The notes: generated from the letters alone by a model not told the origin. 64,000 bases of DNA from Klebsormidium nitens (GCA_000708835.1 DF237065.1:62001-126000); one strand, 5' to 3'. Positions 48,294-62,300 are shown, counted from the first letter of the stretch. Made by a program: numbers and translations.

Positions 48294-51200
48294 ATGGCGG
48301 CCGTCCCTTTGCATCTCAGTAGGATAAACCTCTCCTTTTGCCTCCTCATTGTACTCTCCTCATACATCATTGGACCGGTAGCGGGGCAATTCCCCATCCC
48401 CTGGGGACCGCCGGAAGAAGAGCGGTTCATCAACGGGCAGATCACAACGAGCCCCTTTGCCTTCCAGCCGGGGACTCCCCTCGACGGCCGCTACCAGTGT
48501 CTTACCAACACGAGCCTCCTCCCGCCCCTAGTTGTCACAGCCCCCTGCTTCACGGCAGCCAGCACCGACTCCCCCAACCTTGCTGACAAGTGGACTTGGA
48601 ATTTCCAGAATAGGACGGTCAACCCCTGGGTCGGGCTGCAGTATCGGCAGCCGGGGGCGTATTGTCTCGATGGCGGATCCCTCAGCATTGCCCCCGGGAG
48701 CGTGTACTCAGACGCCTTCATTTTGATCGCGCCGTGCGTCGACAGAGCCCCCGCACAGCAATGGGCCTGGGATGGCGCGTATCTTCAGATTGTGCCGACC
48801 ATTCAAAAGGACCGGTGGTTCGCGGTCAGCGCGCAGGACGCGACGCACTTCCAGCTGACGAGTAACCGTTCGCTGGCGGCGCCGCTCAACTTCGTATTGC
48901 CACCATACACCAACATCTGTGAGTTGTTTTTCAAATGTAATCTTTTGGTATCTTTTCTTGCAGCCGGCGAGCCTTGTTAGACCCGTGGAAGTTTCGTACG
49001 TTTCTGGTCCAATATCGCTATTTTTGCGCTGGTCATTGGCCTTTTTCGCATGCAGTTTGGAATTGTGTCAGCATCTTAACAAAAAAAGAAGATGGCAATT
49101 GAGAGAACAATGAAAGTGGAGGTGCATCGAGGACCGGGTAACAAGCGAAGAGCGTAGGAAGAATGCATGTTGAGTCTTTAAAAAGCTGGATGTTGGTCAA
49201 TGTGAAATTCTGTATCACTTGACAGTATGCATCTCAGCAATGATTGTCTGTTAGGGTCAGCTCTCTCCCCTCCGACGATCGTGCTCCGCGGGCTGGGCTC
49301 CTTGATGAGAAGATTTTCTTCCGTTTCGTAAGCTTCAAAAGTTGCGCGTCTACGTCCTGACACTGGAGTATGATGCCTGCGCATCAGAAGGATGAAAGGC
49401 ACAGCGCTCGAGTGTAATAAAGAATACAAGAAAGATCCATAAGCGTCCCTGTTACGCACATGCAGCGACGTACACAATTCAGCCTGGCAGTGTCCACTCC
49501 GATCCCAACGGCGTAACTCTCGCGATTCCAAGCAACATCGGCGACGGGCCGGGGCCGTGTCCGTACGGCCCCCACGCGGCCGGGACGTTTTCCAGTTCTG
49601 TCGACTGTTCCGCCAGGTCAGCACATACCGAATTGCAGGCATCAGGCCCCCGTCGGTTCCGGATGATTCGCATATAGTGTTGACTTTCATACTTGGAGGA
49701 TCCTAGACCCTCAGAATAGTGATTGTCCATGATCATGTTGTACTCAGGGGCGATTCGCACCCAAGCAGATAAGGCCAACTTTCCAGATAACGAATCTGAA
49801 ATTCATTCGCACATAAGCGCAGATTGGTCGATCTGAAAGTTGGAGCGTTCGCACATAAGCGCAGATTCAAGGCTCGAATTTGCGCGGCGTTCGCATATGA
49901 AGTCAGATTGCTCCGCAGATACAATGCGAATCTGAAAAAGCAAAACGACGAGACAACTTTGCCTGTGGACCTAAAAGGATAGGAAGGGGGTCCTTTTAGC
50001 CGTTTTGGAGTACATTTTCGTACTCGGCGGGGGCATATAAGTGTACATGGTCGGTACACCTTGTGTACAACGTGCGTACACCAGCACATTTGACTTTTTA
50101 TCGTCGAAGTGCAAATTGGGGGCATCTCGTGGCTTCCAATCTGATCTGCGCTTATCTGAATCTGGAAAGCGGCGCAGTTTCGCTTATCCGAAAGCTGCCC
50201 GGGTTATGCGCAGGTCAGATTGGCTTATTTGATCTGAGAAACTTTCAGATCAGATAAGAGGTCCAATCTGATCTGCAAAGTTGCTCGGGTGCGAATCGCC
50301 CCTCAGACTGTTGGCTTGGGTAGTTCCTTAGTAGTGTGTGTGAACGGAAAGCAGTTCGTGCAGTGCTGAGTTTGCAAAACGTAGGCCCCGTCAGTTCCCG
50401 ATGGCTACGTTCGTTGTGTGGACCATCATCTGGTAGGAGGATCCTAGACTCTCAGACTCGTGATCGCACAGTACTTGGACATTCGGCTTGGCCAACGCTT
50501 TCACAAACATGTGTGTCTGTGTATAGGTGCGACGCCACGCCCGGCTGCCTCGGGACCAACTTCGGCATTTCGGGGGGCATCGGGTGCTGCTATCTCAAGG
50601 CGTACTTTCCCCCCGCAACGACGTCGAGCACCTCAGGCTACAGTACGTACGTCAAGGGCACGGCAGGTAAGGTCGGTGGTTGCATAATTCTCGATATGAT
50701 GTATGGTGAACTTTAAGGGCAGTGAAGGAAAAGCCTCGACCTGGTACTGTTATTCTAATCCAAAGCTTTACGGTTCACGCACCCGCACCCACCCTAACTC
50801 TTCACTAACCCCACTTGTCCTTTCATTGACTACCGAGCTTGTTGATTGTGTTGATCGAAACGATGGGTGTCGGGAGAGAGAGGCAGTACAGTTTTCTACA
50901 GCTTGGTTAATCCGTTGTTCCGCTCAATTCGTTCGGTTTAGTTCTTTGAATGACATCCTGATGTTAGCTTCCACCCTCAGTGAAGTCATCCTTTAGTTTT
51001 GTGAGGCATGCTGACCTCAGACAGGCTCAGCTTTCATAATGAGCCTGCCTTCACTGGCGGCAAGAGGAGGAATCCCTCACTCCCTTTTCCGCGCCGCTCA
51101 GGCAACTCCTCGGGTTTGAACACTGATTCCGGGTCAAACTCGGGAAGGGTGATACAATGACTGTGCCCAATGGTAGCAGCACTGCGCCAAGGCTTGAACT

Positions 51201-54200
51201 TAACGGAGATAACGGATAATCAATCTTTGCGGTAAGAGCAGACACTGCATGTACGTTCCAGCACTTTCCAGATATTAAAGACCATTCTGCTTTCACAATG
51301 CCTGGCAAGCCCTTAGTAAAGCAGTTTGAGAGTTTGATGAAAGGAGTATTGCATCGACAAGGTTTAACCACCATGCTATTTATTTGCCTGCAGCGGAACC
51401 CTGGTTTCCAGCACTAAACCTCCCCTCCAGCCCCCGGGCCCCCGCACCCGCTCCCGGCCCCCAAGTTAACCCGATACTTAACCCAGAACCCAGTTCGAGC
51501 TCTGCTTCCGCGGCCATTGCCGGGGGGGTGGCTGGCGGTGTCGCTCTGTTGGCCCTCTTAGCGGTTCTCGGCTTTTGCTGCATTTGGGGCCGTCGACGCA
51601 GGCGGCGTGCCGAGCCACCGGCCGAGGATCCTGAGGGGAGCGATTATGAGAAGTCCGCGGCGCCCTATGCGCCCAGCATGGCGTCACCTGGCAGCAGTGA
51701 GCTCGAGAGTTTTTACTTTTTCTTCTTAACGTTAATAATAACGAAGTATTGGAACTGATTCCCGATTAACTAACAGTAAGAAGTAGCTAACTTTAAGATC
51801 AACGCCCTCAGACGTTAGTAATTGCGTTTTGGTTGGACCAACCTCGAGCTGGGTCTCAATCTTCCACGCTTTGGCAGACCCTTGGAAAAAGGCAGAGGGC
51901 AGCTCTCCGCCGTCGGTTTCTCTGGTGTGGCTGGTGTGTTTCAGAGCTTTGCTCCGACGCTCTATGCGATGTGAGTCCGGACAATTATGAGTGCAGCAAT
52001 CTATTCGCTGACCCTAGCTGGGTCAGCCACTTACTAGACCATAATGTATTCATTGTCGTATCGATTCATCTAATATCTTCGGCAGCATCACTGGCAACCT
52101 TCGCACAGAAATGAGGAGGGCATGGAGCAGACTGCAGAAGCGAAGTCTCGATGGACACGATTGAACGGAAGCGAAAGGGCCTCCGCTGCTGACGTCGCCT
52201 TACATTCAAGCCGTTCGTTTCTTTCAAAGCTCTCCTAGGATCCCGGATAGTTTTGACGGGGCTTCGGCAAAGGCTCAGATCGGCGAGCGTTCTGACTCAA
52301 AGGGCGCTTGCAACAATGGGGGCAGACGAGTGGACCAATCTGATTTACTAAACAATCTCTTGTGTTCTCGTATGAGCGGTCACTGTTGAGGCAGTTTAAA
52401 ACATCCGACGGTCATTGTGATGGTATTGATCATCAGAGAAGAGTACACAAGTTAGAAACTCGATGCTCGCCCCCGCGCAGATGTGAGCAGTCACCAAGCG
52501 TTCCTCCCGTGGAAGGAGTACCTTCAACAATCTTGCATCAAATGAAAGACAAGTAGAAGAATGCTTTTAGTGTTAAGGATAAATCACGAAATTGAAGATG
52601 GCAAGTTCGCCCCCGCGCAGATGTGAGCAGTCACCAAGCCTTCCTCCCGTGGAAGGAGTACCGGTACGAGGAGCTGTTCCTGGCAACCGGGCACTTTTCG
52701 CGGGCGAATCTGCTCGGCGAAGGCGCGTTTGGGAGCGTCTACCGGGGCGCGCTGCCGGACGGGACGGCCGTGGCCGTCAAACAGCTCAAAGCCGGGCCGA
52801 AGGTGGGCGGACACGTGTCGGCTTTTCGTTGGGCTGTGCTGTTAGAAACTCCGAAGAACTGCAGACATGCAGACGTGGCCAATCGAGAGCTCAAAGCGGG
52901 GCCGAAGGTGGGCGGACAAGTGTCACATTTTCATTGGGCTTTGTTGTTTGAGATGTATCAGAATTGTAGACGGGCAGACGTGGCAGTCAAACAGCTCGAA
53001 GCGGAGCCGAAGGTGGGCGGACAAGTGTCGACTCCTCATTGCACCACAGACTCCTCATTGCACCACAGCATTGTTGGAACTGATCAGGAGATAGAACATA
53101 GGAACATGGGAGTCTTGCAAGGTCTCAGCTGCCACTTTCAAAGGTTTCTCGAATTGATCATTAAATTGACAATCACGGGAAATGCAGATGAAAGGCAGAA
53201 GAGATGCAAGAAGCATTGGGTTGAGCAACGGCCATATGAAATTGCCGATAAGCTTCAAGGAGAGGTCCTCGTTGGATGTTAATCGCAGAGCGTTTGCTTA
53301 TGTGCTATTTCGGACGACCAAAGCGCTAATCCAAGAGGACACTGGAAGAACTCAATGTTTGTGACTTGGGGAGCAAACATCCAAGCTTTAAGGCCAAACG
53401 AAAGCGGCTGATCATTTCTGGTGAAAGACCTCTCTTCTAATTTCAGGGTCTCCGCCGCTCTCGTTCCTTTGCTTTGTCCGCTCACTGTGGAGTCTGGATT
53501 CTATCCATCGCTAACTCCTGTCAGTAACCGGCACAAAGCCATGCAACCGCTAATGCTATTCATTACTATCCCGTAGTCATTCCTCTGAGCTATGCAATCG
53601 CTGATGCTAGTCACTACTAAACCGTGCAGCTAACCCGCGCAAAGTCATGCAACAATCCTTTCCAAGTCATCACTAACCCATGTTATTAACCCGCGCAGAA
53701 CGCGGCAAAGAGCGACTTCGAGGCGGAGGTGAGCGCTCTGAGCCGCGTAAGCCACAAGAACCTGATCGCGTTCCGGGGTTACTGCGTAACCAGCGACAGT
53801 TACTACCTGGTTTTGGACCTGGCATCCCGAGGCAATCTGGACGTGGCGTTGCGGAGACCGCAGATGCGGACAGGTGCGTCGCTTTTCTTCTTTCGTGACC
53901 TTTCCTCATATTGCAACGAGGTTTCAAGACTGATCGAGGCAGATTAATACCCGGATTGTCAGTCGGTGCGTTCAAGAATGCTATCAACTGCAGGAGTCAA
54001 GCGTTTCCAGAGGTCTGGATGTTCAGCCCAGGCGCCCTCGAGAAGTAGCAGTGGAAAGAAGGCGTTTTTCATATCCGTTGTAAGATCAGCCCCAAAGCAG
54101 ACATTCTTAGGGCGGTCTCGCCATGGCTTTGTATCCGGGGTTTAAGTAACGGTGTTGGAGCGGTATCTAAGAGCTTCTGTTCAGAAGACTGATCTCTTTG

Positions 54201-57200
54201 GTGATTGGAGCAGATTTGCTCAGACTGAGTCTTTTTGCTCAGCTCTGTATTAAGTAACAGTGCTCGGAGCGAATCGTTCCAGGCATACCGCAGCGCGTGA
54301 AGAAAGCACCGTTTCTCTTAATGCGGAACGAAAGAGAAAAGTTGCCTTACAGCAGCAAAAACGCGCCCTCCGTTGCGTGCGCTCTCGGCAATCAAGCCCT
54401 AGAGGGCCCGGCCGATAAGCATCCCGAAAACCCGCTAGTTCCTGAACGCCTAGAATTGTTAGAGCCTGATTCGGGGAAACTTACGGAATCCTGAAACCCC
54501 GAAAATCCTTGACTCGTGGCACTCCCATCCGCTGCCAGATGTGCAAGTTCTCACGTGGTCCGAGCGCCTCCATATCGCGGCGGCCGCAGCACACGGCATA
54601 GCGTATCTGCATTACGACTGCTCCCCTGCGTTCATCCACAGGTGGGCGGAGGCTTACCTTTCTGCTGACGTCACCTTCTTTATCAACGTGTCAGGTTGAC
54701 GAGCCACGTTTTCACTTGGGCTCATTTAAGTGCTGGTTTATCGAGGGGTGCGGCTGGCGGAACGAAGTCCATGTCAATTGCTCGGTACTTGATTGTCGTA
54801 ATTGGGTCCTGATAAAGTTGAAGAAAGCGTGCAAGCTAAGTTTGGGAGGTATCGTCAAGCTGTTGGTGTTCTTTGCTGGGACTCTGGGGCTTAACTGCCA
54901 GCCTCCGGCTATTGCTGACGTGGGCATCCCTCCGGCTATTGCTGATGTGGACATTCCTCCAACTATTGCTGATGTGGGCATACGAATCCCACGAACACTA
55001 GTCCTTGTACCTGACCCGAAAGCTGGGGTCGCTATCATGGCCTAGCACTTCTGCTCTGCTGCTCTTGTCCGATGTCACTATTTTGAAGTATCCGGGTGTG
55101 GTATGTGGTCTAGGACATGCGTTGAGTCTTGCGTCCTATGTGTAGGTCATTCCAAAATATGCAAACTTTTAAAACTCTATATCCTCATTGCGCAGGGACA
55201 TAAAGGCGGCCAACATCCTCTTGGATTCGAAGCAGTACGCTAAGGTAAAAACTCTCCTCAGATTATCAGAAGCATTAGACCGTTAAGGTAACTTGTCCGC
55301 CTCAAAAGCATCTAAATTGTCAGGGAGCTCGGGAACTCGTTACGTTGTCATTGAAAACTCGCTTTTGAGACTCCAACGTGGCTCTCGGGTCCTTCCGTCC
55401 CTCACAGACCTCACAAACCTGAAGTTTTTCTGCTTGTTTGCTTTCATTTCTGCCCCGCAATAGCTCACGGTCTCAAGTCTAGGAGGTGACGATGAGTATA
55501 AGCACTTCGAATAAGCAATAAGCAATTCTTGCAAGTTCCGGGCAGATTGATCTCCATGCACTTGCTTCCCCAATACAGTGTCCGAGGTCATTGGGCGCAT
55601 GACGAACTTTCTGTCGTGTGCTCGATTGATTCTTCGGGCGACCTCTCAGCCGGGTTTTTGCTATTTGCAGGTCGCCGACTTCGGGCTCGCGAAGCTGATG
55701 GACGATCAGGACGACGCCGGCACGATGACATTAAAGGGCAGCTGGGGATACTTGGCACCGGAGTACGCACTCCAGGGACAGGTACGTACCGTTTTCTGCC
55801 GATCTTCGCTTCTCTACAAGGGGAGCGCCATGATGGCTGACATCAAGGCTTGGCGACGGGTGGGATTAGCTAGGTATTAATACTGTGGGTATGGGTACGG
55901 TCGCGTAGCAAACTTGATTCTTTGTTTTTAAATTGGTCATAAGTTGTGCTGTAACGCTTATGGGCGCTTATTCTTTCTGCAACCGAAATTTACAACGGTT
56001 GGGTGGTGCGAGGATGAGGTCGTGTCAAACTCATCGGCACACGCGTACCTGACTTTGGGTTTCGATCTTTTGGGGAGTCGTCGGAGGCCATTTGTTTTTT
56101 TTGCAGTCAATAAGTTGCACACCTGCAACTCTGTGAGCAAGTCTGTTGATTTCTAATGAAAGCCAGCAAATGGATCCCTAAACTGCTGAGACACAGTCAG
56201 AAAGGACATTCGCATTCTATAACGAGTCAGGGGAATGATATTCTGGTGGGATGGCCGCTTACACAAAATAACCCATCAGGAAGTCGTTCATTCAGAATCT
56301 GGGTCGCGCAAGCTGGTCGCCGGTGCGACGGAGAAAAGATGGGACCGTGGCAGAACCTTCTTGAGATCAGGACTGCAAAGCGCCCGAATTGGCAAAACTG
56401 GGTCAATAAGAAGGGGTGGGCCTGGAATACAAATCCCAGTTGCTTTTGCGGTTCCTTTGAGTCTTGTATTCAGATAGAGAGGGCCTCCTTCCCCCTCTGG
56501 TTGCGGCCCCGAAAGAACAAAGGGAAGAAGAGGAAGTACAAAGTGCTGACGCTTTTTTTGAGCCCGCCTCCCCAGGTCACCAAAAAGTCGGACGTCTACA
56601 GCTTTGGCGTGGTTCTCTTGGAGCTCCTCACCGGCCGCCGCGCTCAGCGCGCCTTCCCCAACGGAACGCGCCAAAATTTGACGGACCAGGTGAGGGGTTT
56701 TGGATGTTTTGGTTCAGGGTTTTGGTTTAATGTTCCAAGCTTTTCTAAGTTTATGGCTGTAAGGGAGCACGTTTGAATAAAGCGGCTGTTAAATGCGGTG
56801 CTATAGACTTGTTAGTTGCTCACGGAAAAGAGTTTTGAAGCGCTTTCGCAATAAAAAATGGTGCAGGCAAACCGGTCAGACTTGCAGGACGGAGTTGGCT
56901 ACAAATTCAACTTCAATTCCGTTGGTACATGTCAGATTTTCTGGAATCTGCCGTCAAGTTCTTGTTTTTGAAGGTTACATACAATGAATCACGGTGCGGG
57001 CGGCGGAGTTTGCACACCGGCACTTGCCGAACTGCCGTAGGTCAGAAGGGTTAAATCAAGAGCCGAGCCTTTGCTTTTACCTATGAAAGAAGAAGCAGTG
57101 ATTCCCTGAACTTAGAGCGATCCCCGGCCGTTCCTTTTCCGTGTCGTTTGAAGACCTTAGGTCTAAGCGTCTGAAGGTTCCTGGGTTTCGGGTTTTTCTT

Positions 57201-57985
57201 TTCTTGGGCTCTTGGTTTTGTGGAGTTTGGATTTTCGGTCTCGACATGGTACAGGTTGACCGTCGAGCTTGTTCAGTCCCCGACCAGATTTTCTGGGCGT
57301 ATGTCATATCAGGCGCTTGCAGCGCCCTTCTTCTACCAAGAGTAGCCCGGCGAAAAAAAAACGGCCGCCACTCGTCGTAATTTTCCCGGATCGACTTTGC
57401 GTGTTGGACATGTAACGGGGCTCTTACCTTTTTATCAGTCGGGTTACGGTCTGTTTAGTGCACGAATCTGGTTTCTAGATTCATCGCCAGTGCTTAACCA
57501 GGCCATGTAAGACTATGGTTAGCGATAAAACAAAATCTCAGCTTGTTGCTGACTCCGTCGTCTCCTCGCAGGTCATTGCTCTCCTCCGGCAGGGCGCCCC
57601 CGTTCCGCTTGATCCGCTCCTCAAGGAAGACGTTCCGCCGGAACAAGCCGCGTACCTCCTGAACATCGCGCTCGCCTGCACCGACCTGCAAGATTACATG
57701 CGCCCGTCCATCGGTGAAGTGTACCGGGCGCTCGAGGGCCTCGCCAAAGGGGTTGTCGGCCCGAGCTTCTTCCGGTCGGACGGCACCCTACGGCCCGGCG
57801 AGTCCATTCCGCCGGGGGTCGTGATTCCGGCGGTTCCGGTGTTTAGGTTTGGGACCCCCGCGGGCACACCCGAGGCGAGCTTCGCATCGGGGCGAGGCGA
57901 GACGGTGACGTCCTTTGCGGGGACCGACGTCAGCGCGGTGTCGTCCGTGAGTAACGACGTGAGTCAGATCCTGGATGGGCGGTAG
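48294..57985 (+). CDS. RLK/Pelle receptor-like kinase with signal peptide, ricin-B-like lectin, PAN/Apple module, Pro-rich stalk, TM helix and RD kinase; 11 exons
   Basis: Exons 48294-48918, 49466-49616, 50527-50666, 51394-51696 ([32 protein letters not shown]), 52621-52802 (GEGAFG, VAVK), 53699-53873, 54539-54641, 55196-55244 (HRDIKAAN), 55671-55781 (DFG, APE), 56576-56689 (SDVYSFG), 57572-57985 (RPS). Phases match. Confidence 0.92.
49747..50302. mobile_element. PIF/Harbinger-type MITE (556 bp) in kinase intron 2
   Basis: TIR GGGGCGATTCGCACCC(A/G)AGCA at both ends; TCA on both flanks; internal repeat TTCGCACATAAGCGCAGATT twice. Confidence 0.9.
52467..53030 (+). repeat. Exon-edge echoes around kinase exon 5: one acceptor copy and two 105-bp donor copies
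   Basis: 52467-52522 matches 52607-52662 with one mismatch. CCGAAG|GTGGGCGGACA occurs at 52802, 52907 and 53012. Confidence 0.95.
54906..54980. repeat. Three 27-bp tandem units in a kinase intron
   Basis: CTATTGCTGA(C/T)GTGG(G/A)CAT.. occurs three times. Confidence 0.85.
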
Positions 57986-59338
57986 CTACACTGCAGAGCT
58001 GTGATACCGGTTGTATGGACAAGAGGAGAGCTGCGTCCGTTTCTGAACGGCAAACGTACAAGTGCAAGCGCGCTCCCTAAGCATCGAATGACGGCCGTCA
58101 AAGGGGAGTGAGGGGTTCGACCAAGTTCGTCGCGGCAAGCGACGCGTCGTTTGGATTGAGGGTCAAATGTCCGACAGGCCGAACAATGGGATGCCAAGTG
58201 TATTAATGGTTGCAATAGAGGAACTAGATCGACGCCTTGCACTCTAGTTCAGTAACTTATTGAACCGATGCTGCATTTGCTGCCGCTCCGAATATAGCTT
58301 GAGAGGTCCGACCAAGCGCCACTTACAGTACAAAAGCTTAACTTGATTACGATTCGCTCACCAGTGGGACCCGTTTAGGCTTCTCTACGAGAGAGCTCTT
58401 ACAAGCGGCGCGAGAGGAATGGAATTGACACGGTGGTTCACTACGGCCCTAGTAAGCGGAAGCCTGACAGCTGTATACGAACATGATAGCAGTCCAATCT
58501 GTACATTCAGAAAGATGTCGTTTGTACTATATTGCCAAGCGCTTCCAGGCTCCATTGTCGTGGATATGAGGTGTAGAAAGTTGGTTCGCTGAATGTCTGA
58601 AGCGAGTAACGGCGACTGATCCCCGTACGTTCAGCCGGCCGCGTGACCGCGTAATCTGCGTTTGTAGATTTCTCTCAAGCTAGTCCAATTTTTCAATCGT
58701 TAATAGACGTACATGATTGGCCAGAAGCCAGGTAATTTCTGACCCGGTGTTCGAGCTTCTTGTACGTGTTGGAATTGCACGTTTCACGGATAAGTTAGAT
58801 TGAACCGGCCCTCTTCGCTGTCATGTACCCCATGCCGCGGCCTGACATAAGTTTATGCATTGATTGAGCCTACATATGCGGTACTTGATATTCAGATGCA
58901 TGCGAATATTCAATCCTCAACGCGCCTAAGGCATGATGCACGCACGTCAAAGTACCAGATAATGATCTAACTAGCAGCTAGACGGTCAGAACGCCTGTAG
59001 CGTACAAACTTTCGAATTAACAAACCGAGAGCTTGTGAGCAAGAGCTGCAACTATATCGAAGTATTGCGTGTTTGGATAACAAAATTTGAAGGCTGGCTC
59101 ATATACTTGTAAGGTGCCCAAATCGACCGGCATGACTAGGCTAAGATTACGCTGCCTGTCTCCTTCACAGATGCTCCTCCATGTTTGTGTATGATCCTAC
59201 TGAAGGTCTCGACACCCATTGTGCGATTCATTTAGTAGGTGCCAATTAAGAAAGCTTCCGGAACTGCACTAACCGCCAAGCTGCATGCTTTCGTGCTTGT
59301 GACCAAAGCCCCCCGAATCAGTCAATATCCCTCTAAGC

Positions 59339-62300
59339 TCAGCCTCCGAGCAGTTTCGTCCTTACGAACGCATCGAGCAGATTATGAGGCCGAACGTACG
59401 TACTCCCGGCGAAGATCTCCCGAGCCACCAAGCGGTAGAAAGCCGTGGTCCCGTGCAAACCGTCCCAAAAGAGAGACTGGTTGGGGTCGTCACAGACCGT
59501 AAACCCGGGTGAGCCGCACGGGGTGACCACGTTTGCCGGCCCGCCCCCGCCGCAGCACGCGCGGTCCGCCACGGTAAGACCTGCAGAAAAGGTTGAAGAA
59601 GATATGTGGGCGAGTATTGCACATACTATACAGTAGAGTGTTGGAACGGCAATCAAATACCGGGACTCGCAGGACACGACTGAGTTTCGAGGCGCCTGCA
59701 GCTGTACACTGCAACTCTGAATGAATGTTTGTAACATTTGATCTGGTTTTGGACTCAACTCGAGTGAGATGGACAGAATCAACAACAAGCTTCGTGTGCT
59801 ATCCATCAGAGCTATCTGTATTTCCCCCGTTTATAAGGGTCCTTGCTGCGGTCATTTCCTCTGGGCCGGCTTTCGGACCATGCTCGATGACTGTCCGAAT
59901 GAAGACGTTCTGGGTCGGTGACGTTCAAGTCCAATCCTAACGGCCGGGTACTTCGTTCTAGAAATGCATAGCATCCTTTACTTTGATTTGTTCTCTCATA
60001 CATAACCTTCTCTTCCTTTGTCAATGCTTCTTTCCAGGCGGGCTCGAAACGCACCAAAAGCGGCGGGATACCCTATGGCGTCCCTGGTGAAGTTGTACAA
60101 GTCGGCCAACAGGAAAGTCGCGTTGGGAAGCGCCGCCCCTAGTTGCTGCACCAGCGGGTCAAACCCCGCGCTCAGGGTTTGGACCGCGGCCGCGAGCGGC
60201 GCGAAACAGGCGCCGTCCGCGCTCAGGTTTCGCACGGCGGGGGCGCAGTCAATGGGGGGCACATTTGAGAGGAGAAAGCTGCGGGCGCCAAGAGCGTATG
60301 TCTCCTGCGCAATGAAGAGAGGAGCGTGTCAGTTCTGGGGTTCCAGAAGTGTATGTGTCCTCCACAGGAAAGGAGCGGATGAGGGAAAGGCGACGGTGCA
60401 ATATTTTTGTTTGTTACAGTAATTTCATGTTGTCCTCTGTGACGAAGGGCCATCTTTAATTGGCATTGCTTCGATGATTGATGCACGATTGGCGCAGACT
60501 ATTTGCTCCGCTTCGCAGAGCATTGTCAGAAAGCCCCTCCCCGGTAGGCGTCCTGCGGGTTTTCCATTTGGTAATTGTAACAGAGGGTGGGCCGAAATGC
60601 AATCGGGTCATTTCACAGATCCCCCGATTCCTAACATGCGCACTCGTTGTGATCTAGCTCATTCAGCCGCCTCAGCAGGGCTTCCGAACTTAATGGAAAA
60701 TAGGAAAGCGAGATAAAGAGGAATTGAAGTAAATGAAGGAATTACTAGGAGATAACGTCGAGAAGAAAGCGCAGATTGCGACACGACTTCTCACCGTGAC
60801 TGCGGTGCCTATGGACGTCAGCACCGCTTGAGCGAAGCCGGCGGGGTCCGTCAAAGCCCTGACGGCGTCTTTGAGATCGTTTCCTCCCGTCGCAAACACG
60901 TAGAGCGCCGATGCGAAGGCGTCGGGGCGGGGGAAGCGGGGCGTGACGTCAGCGGCGGCCGCTGCGCTAGACCAGTAGGCCGCGGAGTCTTGGACGAGCT
61001 TTGCGAAGAGCTGGGTCTGCAGAAGAAGGAGGGAGTTGTCTCGGAGCTTGGTCTGGGTTAGAAGCTTGTTCGAAGGCTTGTGTTTGGTAAGGATTTCCTC
61101 CTCCACTCAAAACCTCCCCAGATCCGTGCAAGACGAGCTTTCGAATGTATATACAAACCCGTTAATCAAGGTTATTGATCGAGTCGTGAATCAACCCTCA
61201 GGTAGAGCGCAGATTCATCCATCCTCGGTCAGATTTCCTAATAATGCGTTTTGGCTCATCTTTTTCAGAAATCGACCGAGCATCAATGAAATTCCAAAGC
61301 TCAAGAATCCTAAAACGCCAAGACCTGGTTGTAAAGGGGTATCGCAGTCTTAGGGTCCCCGGTGGAGTTGAGCGCGCCGCTGCCGGCAGAGGCGAAGTTG
61401 GCTCCGTAGAAAAAGTTGCCACCTGGCAGCAAAATAGGATCTCCAAACGGAAGGCCCAGGAACTCTGCAAGGTAATCGACGGTGTTGGGGCCGTTACAAG
61501 GGCGCCCACTGCAAGGAGAGAGTTGGGAGTCTAAAAGTCCATTTTGAGCTTATCCCTTTCCTGAAGGCAATGTCTGTGCACTTGGCCTCTTATTCAATGT
61601 CCTTAATCCATCATGCGAGCTTAAGATAGCGAGAATCTGTCGGTTGTATGGTACGGGTGAGTCTGAGGCGCTTCAAGATTGTCCTGCGTCTAATGGCACC
61701 GGAACCATTAAACTTGATTCTCAACCAAACAACATCCAACCATTGTTCTATACCAGTAGGTGATCAGGAAGCCTCGAGCGGATCACACGCTGCAGGGACG
61801 TAAGTTCTGGAACCGTGAGTGTTAGTAGACGCGCTTTTCATCTTGAGAAGTGACTCGAGTCAGAGCTGTTCGCCCGATTTGATGCCTCACGTAACGTTGA
61901 GCCGCCCTCCGGGGGTCACTCCATTTGGATACCCCTTGGCGGACGACCGAGGATCAAGGAGAACGCTGCGACAACAAGAATTTTGTTGAGAGTGATGGAC
62001 GTGGAGCCTTTCTGTAAAAGTGAAGCTGTAAGATGGCCTGTCTCAGGTTTTTGCTGGTCGTTTCAAAGTCCTGGATATGAAGAAATTTTGAGCCGCATCT
62101 GGTGGAAAGATGGCTGTAAGCACTCTCACAGGCTCGATCAGAAGAGGACTGCGCAAAAATGATGGAAATTGGGGATATGAAAAGAGCTAAGATGGTCTTG
62201 CTCGCCCTCAACCATGCTGAGATTCCAATCATAGCCACCACTAGTAAACGGTCAAACACTTTCTAGTTTGACAATGTTTGACAATTACAGCCAGAAGTAT

